Positions 31,560-41,306 of a stretch of DNA of 64,000 bases are shown in pieces. The DNA is from Balanoglossus misakiensis (taxonomy: Eukaryota; Animalia; Hemichordata). Position numbers and translations under genes: made by a program. Numbering within the stretch: the stretch's first letter is position 1; the number at the start of each line of letters is the position of its first letter. The DNA lies in assembly GCA_040954595.2 (NCBI GenBank), contig CM082598.2, positions 7,083,097 through 7,147,096 of the forward strand, in the 5' to 3' direction. The notes below the pieces were generated by a model that saw only the letters and a program-made list of their open reading frames with translations, made no database searches and was not told where the DNA came from.

Positions 31560-32300
31560 ATCAAAAAATGACAATTTTTCGACTTTGCAAAATATCAAAA
31601 TTTCGTCAATATTTGAAAAAAATCATGGGTTGAAAATCATCAAAAATGACAATTTTTCGACTCTGCAAAATCTCAAAATTTCGTCAATATTTAAAAAAAA
31701 TCATGGGTTGAAAAATCATCAAAAAATGACAATTTTTCGACCTTGCAAAATATCAAAATTTCGTCAATATTTGAAAAAAATCATGGGTTGAAAATCATCT
31801 AAAAATGACAATTTTTCAACTTTGCAAAATATCAAAATTTCGTCAATATTTGAAAAAAATCATGGGTTGAAAATCATCAAAAATGACAATTTTTCGACTC
31901 TGCAAAATATCAAAATTTCGTCAATATTTGAAAAAAATCATGGGTTGAAAAATCATCAAAAAATGACAATTTTTCGACCTTGCAAAATATCAAAATTTCG
32001 TCAATATTTGAAAAAAATCATGGGTTGAAAATCATCAAAAAATGACAATTTTTCGACTTTGCAAAATATCAAAATTTCGTCAATATTTGAAAAAAATCAT
32101 GGGTTGAAAATCATCAAAAATGACAATTTTTCGACTCTGCAAAATCTCAAAATTTCGTCAATATTTAAAAAAAATCATGGGTTGAAAAATCATCAAAAAA
32201 TGACAATTTTTCGACCTTGCAAAATATCAAAATTTCGTCAATATTTGAAAAAAATCATGGGTTGAATATCATCTAAAAATGACAATTTTTCAACTTTGCA
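31560..32300. repeat. 237-bp (3 x 79 bp) trimeric higher-order repeat
   Basis: Near-identical track ORFs at 31585, 31822 and 32059 (period 237). Confidence 0.85.
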
Positions 32301-32716
32301 ATATCTCAAAATTTCGTCCATATTTGAAAAAATCATGGGTTGAAAATCATCAAAAAATGACAATTTTTCGACTTTGCAAAATATCAAAATTTCGTCAATA
32401 TTTAAAAAAAATCATGGGTTGAAAAATCATCAAAAAATGACAATTTTTCGACCTTGCAAAATATCAAAATTTCGTCAATATTTGAAAAAAATCATGGGTT
32501 GAAAATCATCAAAAAATGACAATTTTTCGACTGCAAAATCTCAAACTGTCGATTTTTGAAAAAAATCATTGGTTTTTTATCATCTAAAAATGACAATTTT
32601 TCAACTTTGCAATATCTTAAAATTTCGTCAATATTTGAAAAAAATCATGGGTTAAAAATCATCAAAAAATGAAAATTTTTCGACTTTGCAAAATATCAAA
32701 ATTTCGTCAATATTTG

Positions 32717-32900
32717 TTTACAATACATATGCGCATGCTCAATTAGGGTTGACCCCTGTCCTATATATAGCCATACAAAATGGGTAAAAAAGCAACAAAC
32801 ATAAACAGACCCAGTAACGGACGCGACCATGGCGCATTTATGCGGCTCCCGCATTCTGACTTCCGGCGCAGAAAACGCCCTCCTGCAGCGAAAGTGTTAA
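32717..32900. mobile_element. Non-satellite insert ending ...GCAGCGAAAGTG|TTAA; probable single end of a TTAA-targeting (piggyBac-like) non-autonomous element
   Basis: Abrupt switch from satellite at 32717. Ends at TTAA (32897-32900), which is also the TTAA of the satellite variant GGGTTAAAAATCATC. No matching left terminus seen. Confidence 0.45.
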
Positions 32901-34283
32901 AAATCATCAAAAAATGACAATTTTTTAACTTTGCAAAATCTCAAAATTTCGTAAATTTTTGAAAAAAAACATGGGTTATAGATCATGAAAATCATCAAAA
33001 AAATACAATTTTTTACTTTGCAAAATCTCAAAATTTCGTCGATTTTTGAAAAAAAAATCATGGGTTATATATCATGAAAATCATCAAAAAATAAAAAAAA
33101 ATCGACTTTGCGAAATCTTTGCGAATCGTCGATTTTTGAAAAGAATCATGGGTTATAGATCATGAAAATCATCAAAAAATGAAAAAAATTTCGGCTTTGC
33201 GAAATCTTTGCGAATCGTCGATTTTTGAAAAAAATCATAGGTTGAAAATCATCAAAAAATGACAAATTTCGACTTTGCAAAATCTCAAAATTTCGTCTCA
33301 TGAAAATCATCAAAAATGACAATTTTTCGACTTTGCAAAATCTCAAAATTTCGTCGATTTGTGTAAAAAAAAAAAATTGGTTATATAGGTCATGAAAATC
33401 ATCAAAAAATGAAAAAGTTTCGACTTTGTGAAATCTGAAATTTCGTCCATTTTTGAAAAAAAACGGGTTATAGCTCATGAAAGTCATCACAAAAATGAAA
33501 ATTTTTCGACTGTGCAAAATCTCAAATATTCATCTATTTTGGAACAAAATCATGGGTTTATAGCTCTTGAAAATCATCAAAAATGATAATTTTTCGACTT
33601 TGGAAAATCTCACAATTTCGTCGATTTTCGAAACAAACATGGGTTATAGCTCAAGAAAGTCATCAAAAATGACAATTTTCCACTATGCAAAATGTCAAAT
33701 ATTCATCTAATTTTGAAAAAAAAAATCATGGGTTTATAGCTCTTGAAAATCATCAAAAAAATGACAATATTTCGACTGAAAATATTTAAAAAATTGTTCA
33801 TTTTAGACCCAAAAAAATCATGGGTTATAGATCATGAAAATCATCAAAAAATGATCATTTTTCGACTTTGCAAAATCTCATAATTTCGTCGATTTTTGAA
33901 AAAAAACATGGGTTATAGCTCAAGAAAGTCATCAAAAAATGACAATTTTTCGACTTTGCGAAATATCAAATATTCGTCGATTTTTGAAAAAAAATTATGG
34001 TTTTAGCTCATGAAAATCATCAAAAAATTACAATTTTTGGACGTGGAAAATTTTCAAAAATTCTTCATTTTTGATAAAAAAAATCATTGGTTATAGCTCT
34101 TGAAAATCATCTAATATGACAAATTTTCGACTTAGCAAAATCTCAAAATATCGTCGATTTTTGAAAAAAAACATTGGTTATAGATCCTGAAAATCATCAA
34201 AAAATGAAAAATTTTCGACTTTGCGAAATGTTTGCGAATCCTCGATTTTTGAAAAAAATCATGGGTTGAAAATCATCAAAAAA
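32901..34283. repeat. Diverged edge-type satellite monomers
   Basis: Same monomer with many substitutions and indels (TATAGCTCATG/TTG, GCGAAATCTTTGCGAATCG variants). Confidence 0.93.
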
Positions 34284-34435
34284 TAGCGTCAAGGACACTG
34301 TGGTCCCATTTGAGGATTATGCGGAAACAGTGACACACCAGAATAAAAATTACAGGTGACATTGCAAGCAGATCTGCAAGCAGCAATATCGGGCCCAAGC
34401 CAACATAGCACATAGCAACATAGCAATAAGCATAT

Positions 34436-35115
34436 CTGCTCTGGATGCCAAGCTATGGAAAAGAAGGTCAAAGGTCACCTGAGGTTATGCAAAATTTGGG
34501 CAAGAAATTTTGACCCTATACTGGTCCAGGTTCAACAAAAACCAAACCTATAGCCCTATTGGTTAGCCTGGAATTAGGTATGCACATAATTAATGAGATA
34601 TGCAGGTGTCACAGGTGACCCCCAATTTTGGCTTTTCAATTTTAGTCCCAACCCTCCAAATGCCAAGTCTGTACCTGCTCTGGATGCCAAGATATGATAA
34701 AGTAGGTCAAAGGTCACCTGAGGTCATGCACAATTTGGGCAAGAAATTTTGACCCTATACTGGTCCATGTTCAACAAAAACCAAACCTATAGCCCTATTG
34801 GTTAGCCTGGAATTAGGTATGCACATAATTAATGAGATATGCAGGTGTCACAGGTGACCAATATTTTGGCTTTTCAATTTTAGTCCCAACCCTCCAAACG
34901 CCAAGTCTGTACCTGCTCTGGATGCCGAGATATAGGAAAGTAGGTCAAAGGTCACCTGAGGTCACCCAAAATTTGGGCAAGAAATTTTGACCCTATACTG
35001 GTCCATGTCCCACAAGAACGAAACCTCTAGCCCTATTAGTTAGCCCGGAATTAGGTATGCACATAATTAATGTGTTAAGCAGGTGTTACAGGTGAGCCCA
35101 AAATTTTGCCTTTTA
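34436..35115. repeat. Central 239-bp tandem repeat of the HINE (3 units, the last variant/partial)
   Basis: CTGCTCTGGATGCC at 34436, 34675 and 34913. Confidence 0.92.
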
Positions 35116-35626
35116 TTTTGGCCCATTGTGCTCACTGACCAATAGACAGTCACTGTACAGGACTATTGCACAGACCAGAATTCCACAATAAGACGTGGAC
35201 ATAGCTTAACCATAGAGGTATAAGTAAAGGTATAAATTTAATAAAAAGACTAAAAAATTCATAAAAAATAAAACATCGATGATATTAACTTAACACTTAC
35301 AGGTCGATGTGGGGTTGACATATGGTACATGCATACCAATTTTTAAAGCAATCTGACGAGTAGTTGTTGACTTTCAGAGTTTTGATAAATTTCACATTTT
35401 TCCAGCTAATTTGCATATTTTTGGGCCTGGCAACTTCGTTTGGACAAACTCCCATCTACAGCCCTGCCTGCACCTACACACCAAATATTGAGGTGATACG
35501 CGCAGCGGTTTTCAAGTTTTTGATGTGGACGGACATACAGACATACATCCATCCATCCATCCATCCATACATACATCCATACATACATACAGACGCAACC
35601 GATCCCATAAGGTCCCATGGTATATA

Positions 35627-36085
35627 TGCCTTTATAATATACCTCATGCTAATACTGTGCCGTGATTCGCCAGAATCCGTCACGTGATAGGAAAATAGAA
35701 TCGACTATGAACCGCTAGGGCAATAGCAGAAAAAATATAAACCGGTCACGTGACCAGCGTGAGTGCGCAGACTCGGTCACGTCAATCAGCCTCGCGTCGT
35801 CTGACACAATGGCCACCGCGGAAGGTGTCGTCTGCCAACCTCAAGAGAAAATTGCAAGATTTTCCCAGCTGTTAGCATGAGGTTTATTATAAAACACCTA
35901 TAGCCTGGCCTATATTCGGGCCATAGCAGCCGTTTTTACCCCCTCGTGACTGTGAGTTACCATAATCATATGCTATTTCCCTCGGCCTGCGGCCTCGGGA
36001 AATAGCATATGATTATGGTAACTCACAGCCCCTCGGGTGCAATAAACGGCCGCTATGGCCCTCATGGCCAGGCAATAGGTGTTCA
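35627..36085. mobile_element. Nested non-autonomous element with a 21-bp asymmetric IR and a ~190-bp terminal hairpin (tentatively CryptonV-like)
   Basis: TTTATAATATACCTCATGCTA (35631-35651) vs TAGCATGAGGTTTATTATAAA (35873-35893), 20/21 complementary. Hairpin 35893-36083 has a perfect 32-bp stem (35950-35981/35997-36028) and loop TCGGCCTGCGGCCTC. Absent from the HINE copies at ~44810 and ~63730. Superfamily is from recollection, not a search. Confidence 0.7.
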
Positions 36086-36100
36086 ATACCAATGGGACCT

Positions 36101-36757
36101 AAAAATGACAGTTTTTCAACTTTGCAAAATCTCAAAATTTCGTCGATTTTTGAAAAAAAACATGGGTTATAGATCCTGAAAATCATCAAAAAATGAAAAA
36201 TTTTCGACTTTGCGAAATCTTTGCGAATCGGCCATTTTTGAAAAAAAATCATGGGTTGAAAATCATCAAAAAATGACAAATTTCGTCGTTTTTTGAATAA
36301 CGGGTTATAGCTCATGAAAGTCATCACAAAAATGAAAATTTTTCGACTGTGCAAAATCTCAAATATTCATCTATTTTGGAAAAAAATCATGGGTTTATAG
36401 CTCTTGAAAATCATCAAAAATGATAATTTTTCGACTTTGGAAAATCTCACAATTTCGTCGATTTTCGAAACAAACATGGGTTATAGCTCAAGAAAGTCAT
36501 CAAAAATGACAATTTTTCGACTATGCAAAATCTCAAATATTCATCTATTTTTGAAAAAAAATCATGGGTTTATAGCTCTTGAAAATCATCAAAAAAATGA
36601 CAATATTTCGACTGAAAATATTTAAAAAATTGTTCATTTTAGACCAAAAAAAATCATGGGTTATAGATCATGAAAATCATCAAAAAATGATCATTTTTCG
36701 ACTTTGCAAAATCTCATAATTTCGTCGATTTTTGAAAAAACATGGGTTATAGCTTAA
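36101..36757. repeat. Diverged satellite block paralogous to ~33,250-33,925
   Basis: Shared rare variants CGGGTTATAGCTCATGAAAGTCATCAC, CGACTGTGC and TTTTAGACC in both blocks. Confidence 0.9.
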
Positions 36758-37833
36758 ACCCCAAACTCCCGTATAAAAGGGCGAGACTTTGCGAGAGTTG
36801 GCATAATTTTGGGAGATTCAAACTAACTAACAACAGAACGGATGTTGTCCATAATAGACAGTAAATTAAGGTCTACCGATGATTTTTTTGTCTCTAAATT
36901 CATAAAGGAGTGCATGAGTTTATTTAGCACGACATCCGCGGTTTCTGGTGCAATACAATTTGAAAATACTTTCGAAAACCGAAGATGAAATCATTTTGTC
37001 CCCGAGATATGACCGGTATATCGGTACGATTTTCAGTTTGAATTTGCATGATTGACGTATTATGCAAATCAAAATTGGGCACCATTAATACATTGTGGCG
37101 TTGATTGCAAAGTGTGCGTGACCTGAAAATAGAGCTTTGATCATACCAAATTTATCACACATGAACATGCACACGTCCATAAATTCGGTAGTTCTCTTCT
37201 TGGAAATTGTGTTGGTCCTGAAAAGGACCGTTTGTATTTGTGTACCAACCGTACAAAGTGAAGAGGGGAAAGCCTCATCAGTGCCATTTATGCCCAACGT
37301 AAGACACACCGGGTAAATTCGGGTAGAGACCACGGACTAGCCAAGACTGCCTATGTGTGGTAACACATGGCGAACAAAAACAAAATTCACAGTTGTCCGA
37401 ATCTCAAGAAGCCGATGTGCTCATGGACACTGTGTTTACTTCGACGGCTGCTGCTTCCGATAAACCGGCAGTGTCCCCCGCATCAAACTCGCCGGTAGCC
37501 GATACCACGCACGGTACTAACCCCCGCGGTCGAAGCAGGTGAACTTATGTGCCCCCGCCGGTCGATGACCGAAAGCTCGGCAGAGAAAATTGCCAGTGCT
37601 TTCTCCTGCTCTTCAATGACCGCTATCTTGATAATTCGTGTCGACACGATAGATTCAGCTGACAACACGTTCCGCGGGTACGTAAGAAATAGCTGGATCG
37701 GTGTTTGCTTTTGGCGGGCGCGGGATGCCCATTTGAGGACAATTGTTGTAACAATATATAGTGGCGTCAGAGCTTAAGCCACGCCCACATTTTATTTATT
37801 TTGCTCGGTAGGGCCCTACCGAGCGTTCCACCT
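36758..37833. mobile_element. 1,076-bp TTAA-flanked insertion, Kolobok-like non-autonomous DNA transposon
   Basis: TTAA at 36754-36757 and 37834-37837. Removing it restores the satellite GGGTTATAGCTTAAGAAAGTCATC. Right end ...CCACCT|TTAA. Perfect 22-bp palindrome GCTCGGTAGGGCCCTACCGAGC at 37803-37824. The left terminus matches the right only weakly. Confidence 0.7.
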
Positions 37834-38907
37834 TTAAGAAAGTCATCAAAAAATGACAATTTTTCGAATTTGCGAAAAGAAATCATGTTGTATAGCTCAT
37901 GAAAATCATCAAAAATGGTCATTTTTTCGACTGCAAAATCTCAAAAATTCTTCGATTTTTGAAAAAAAATCATGGGTTATTGCTCATAATATCATCAAAA
38001 AATGACAATTTTTCAACTTTGCAAAATCTCAAAATTTCGCAAATTTTTGACAAAAATCATGGGTTATAGATCATGAAAATCATCAAAAATGACAATTTTT
38101 TTGACTTTGCAAAATCTCAAAATTTCGTCATTTTTTGAAAAAAAATCATGGGTTGAAAGACATCAAAAAATGACAATTTTAGAACTTTGCAAAATCTCAA
38201 AATTTCGTCAATATTTGAAAAAAAAATCATTGGCTATAGATCATGAAAATCATCAACAAATGACAATTTTTGGACTTTGCGAAATCTTTGCGAATCGTCG
38301 ATTTTTGAAAAAAATCATGGGTTGAAAACATCAAAAAATGACAATTTTTCAACTTTGCAAAATCTCACAGTTTCGTCAATTTTTGAAAAAAAACATGGGT
38401 TATTGCTCATAATATCATCAAAAAATGACAATTTTTCAACTTTTCAAAATCTCAAAATTTCTTAAATATTTGAAAAAAATCATGGGTTATAGATCATGAA
38501 AATCATCAAAAATGTCAATTTTTTCGACTTTGCAAAATCTCAAAATTTCGTAATTTTTTGAAAAAAAATCATGGGTTGAAAGTCATCAAAAAATGACAAT
38601 TTTAGAACTTTGCAAAATCTCAAAATTTCGTCAATATTTGAAAAAAAAATCATTGGCTATAGATCATGAAAATCATCAACAAATGACAATTTTTGGACTG
38701 CAAAATCTCAAAATTTCTTCGATTTTTGAAAAAAATCATGGGTTATAGCTAATGAAAATCATCAAAAATGACAGTTTTTCGACTTTGAAAATTTTCAAAA
38801 ATTCTTCATTTTTGATTTTAAAAAATGGGTTATAGCTCATAAAAATCATCGAAAAAATTACTTTTTTGACTTTGCAAAATCTCAAAACTTCGTCGATTTT
38901 AGAAAAA
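37834..38907. repeat. Terminal diverged satellite monomers (array end)
   Basis: Last recognisable monomer ends ...CGTCGATTTTAGAAAAAT at ~38907. Confidence 0.92.
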
Positions 38908-39459
38908 TATGAATAATTACTATTTGTTCGATTTATTTCTTCACTTGTCCACATTGTGCCTAATCAAGAATAAAAGCTCGGCATCACGAGTCACATTCAC
39001 GACTTAGTGGGTTGTAGACAGGGCTTATCAAAGGGCTTATCACAGCCGCGTAAGTGTTAAACTTTGAGACGTTTTGACAACCAACATGTTAGCTGCAGTA
39101 CCGTAGCTCGAGGTTTCGCCTATTGCTTTTGGGGTGGACGGAATAACCAGACCCGCCCCCCCCCCAAAAAAAAAAAAAATAAATAAATAAATAAATAAAA
39201 CGTGCATTTCGGTTACACGTCTTGCATCTCTTGGAGACCTGTCTTGTTGTCCTGGCAACATCTGCGTGCGTCCATGGTAACGCAAGCCACCGGTCTCTCC
39301 CTGACTATGTGATTACGATTGCATTTGCATACGTGAACGTAACGTATACGGACAAGCCATCAGTTTCTCCGCGCTCTTGTCACGTCACGCGTTCGCTTGT
39401 CATATGCCAGTCGTTTTCCTTACCTTCTTGTGTAACTATTATCGTTTCTTTCACCTCAG

Positions 39460-39650
39460 TTAACTCCCACGGAACAATAGTACAGAGCAATCCATGTCGA
39501 ATGGGTGTTTGCTGTTGCAAAGGAGTTGAACTATTATGACGAGACGATCTCAACAGCTGTGTGGTACACAGACAATTTTATAGTTCGGTGCAGGGGTTTT
39601 CACGCCGAACTGATGCAACTAGTGGGTGCTGCCAGCCTGTTTACAGCTAG
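39460..39650 (+). pseudogene. Cyclin N-terminal box exon (divergent cyclin), disrupted
   Basis: Acceptor TTTCTTTCACCTCAG|39460. Translation LTPTEQ*YRAIHVEWVFAVAKELNYYDETISTAVWYTDNFIVRCRGFHAELMQLVGAASLFTA matches the cyclin box pattern (MRAILVDW...ET..LAV.Y.DRF....LQLVG.A.LF.ASK). In-frame TAG at 39478-39480, which could alternatively be an acceptor. The donor position is occupied by a MITE. Confidence 0.78.
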
Positions 39651-40424
39651 GCTGCATTCACAAACACCTCTGGAGGGGGGGGGGCAGGAGAATTGAGGGG
39701 GGGATTTGAAAAAATTGAGGGTATGTAAGGGGGGTTTTGAAATAATTTAGGGACTGAAAGGGGGGGACTTGAAAACTTTGAGGACTAAATATTTATTTTG
39801 AGTCCACAAAAATGCAGTTTTGAACCCTTCATAATACATTTTTTCTAATGTGGGAGGGGGACACCCTCCCACACCCACTCCAGTCATTCATTAACACCTT
39901 TCAATCATTGACTGGTTTATCTAGTGTCCCAGGTCAGTGGACTTGCCCCCCCCCACCCCCACCCCCCCCCCCCCATGCTAACTTTGCACAGGGAAGGTTA
40001 AATTTGTCCTCCCCAACATACCAGTTGTTGAGTTAAATTTGCTTTTCGGTTAATTAAAATGCAGCTTTGAGCTCTGTATTTTATAAAATATTCTTACGTG
40101 GGAGGGGGACACCCACCCCGTCACTTTTCGTTTTACAATGTCTGCCAAAACAGTATACAAATACTTTTAAAAAATATAAACAATGTTCAGTTTTAATACC
40201 CACTGATTAGGAAAAACATCAGTTTCAAATTCTTTTCGTGGGAGCGCTGTTTTTCTTTTTTACAAGATAGATAGGTGCTGTGTGAAAGAAAGTAGGGGGG
40301 GGATTTCAAAATTTTAGCAGTTTGGAAGGGGGGGATTTGAAATATTTCGGGTTGTGCACGGGGGGCATGTGAAAATTAACGGTTAAAAAATGAATTCTCC
40401 CCCCCCCCCCACTAATGCAGCCTA
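39648..40424. mobile_element. MITE with terminal inverted repeats (PIF/Harbinger-like, tentative)
   Basis: TAGGCTGCATT (39648-39658) and AATGCAGCCTA (40414-40424). Sub-terminal G-run/GGAGAATT vs GAATTCTCC/C-run. Internal GGGAGGGGGACACCC motifs. No coding capacity. Confidence 0.72.
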
Positions 40425-40897
40425 AGGCATCAGTGTATAGTGATTGACTATGATTAATTTTGTGTTTGATTTTGTTGAATAATAAGTTTTAAAAATATAG
40501 TTATGATTTGAAATCCAAAGCACAGATGCGCGTTGTAACTTGTCAGTCTTGTCAATATCCTCACTATGTAGTAACAAATCTGGCTAAATCGCTGCCCCAT
40601 ACCCGACCCTGTTTTTGAGCAGCGCCAGCCAGTGGTGAAAATAAAACAGTGGACCAGACTATGCATTGTTCAAGCTGAAGCGCCCTCACTAGACAAGTTT
40701 GATAATGCTTTCTTTTTGTTGTTACCTCTGATAAATTGTTCGATTTTGATATGAGACTTAGAATAAAGAAAAACTTTTGATTAGCAAATCTGAAGCGCCC
40801 TTAATACATAGATTTAATGTTTTTTTTTCTGTTTAACATAACGTATGAACACATAATTGTATACAAAGCTATATTATTTTCTTTCTTTCAATAACAG

Positions 40898-41105
40898 CAA
40901 ACTTCGTGAAGTTGAAGTATACAAAGCCACGGTTTTCTTAGATTACAAGGCAAACACATTTACTCCCAGGGAGGTTTGCCTGATGGAGCTGTGGATAATG
41001 AAATTATTAGATTTCAAATTATCCACAGTTTCAGTGGCAACCTTTCTGGGGTATCTTTGGGAGTCGCATCCACAGATCCAAGAGGATACTAGGCAAGTTG
41101 CCATG
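40898..41105 (+). pseudogene. Cyclin box exon 2
   Basis: Acceptor TTTCTTTCAATAACAG|C, donor ATG|GTGAG. (S)KLREVEVYKATVFLDYKANTFTPREVCLMELWIMKLLDFKLSTVSVATFLGYLWESHPQIQEDTRQVAM matches cyclin ASK..E....FT..E...ME..I...L.F.L......FL. Phase 2 joins the previous exon (AG+C = Ser). Confidence 0.8.
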
Positions 41106-41306
41106 GTGAGAAATTTAGACTGAAAACATTAAAGTCAGATGTGACAGTACTAATGAAAAAACATTGATATATCACTCTATTAATAAACATTAGGCAAAAA
41201 CTATATCAGCTAGTAATAGCATGTGTTATGAATTAGGGTGCCATGATCTTGAAGGCATCCACAGCATCTATGTAGCTGTAATAAGTCTTTTTTGTAATAT
41301 TGTTTT

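Larger units (their letters stand above)
1..32716. repeat. Tandem satellite DNA array, ~79-bp and ~88-bp monomers with higher-order organisation
   Basis: Consensus AAAATCATCAAAAAATGACAATTTTTCAACTTTGCAAAATCTCAAAATTTCGTCAATTTTTGAAAAAAATCATGGGTTG (79 bp). The long variant has ATGGGTTATAGATCATG in place of ATGGGTTG (+9 bp). Continuous head-to-tail copies in one orientation; the array runs off the left edge of the window. Confidence 0.98.
34284..36100 (-). mobile_element. Non-autonomous Helentron-type element (HINE/DINE-1/pearl-like), copy 1
   Basis: Read on the minus strand: terminal palindrome AGGTCCCATTGGTAT...ATACCATGGGACCT, (GTAT/GGAT)n microsatellite (~35535-35590), 239-bp central tandem repeats, sub-terminal IR AATGGGACC, short stem-loop AGTGTC-CTT-GACGCT, then a T-run. 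Inserted in the A6 run of a satellite monomer. Second full copy at 62249-63757. Confidence 0.82.

Noticed and set aside
1-32716. CRISPR-like regular repeats
   Set aside because: No unique spacers, head-to-tail monomers, no cas genes, and a eukaryotic context (spliceosomal introns, LINE).
35364-35687. 107-111 aa ORFs with signal-peptide-like starts (also 63483-63818)
   Set aside because: They lie within the HINE and run through its (CATC/CATA)n microsatellite.
126-38954. Dozens of 60-120 aa K/F/I-rich ORFs in the track
   Set aside because: They are translations of the satellite monomer, recur at the repeat periods and have no domain-like content.
41193-41280. Possible missing cyclin C-box exon (QKLYQLVIACVMN*GAMILKASTASM*)
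   Set aside because: Weak acceptor, phase mismatch with the 41105 donor and in-frame stops; the resemblance is too faint to call.
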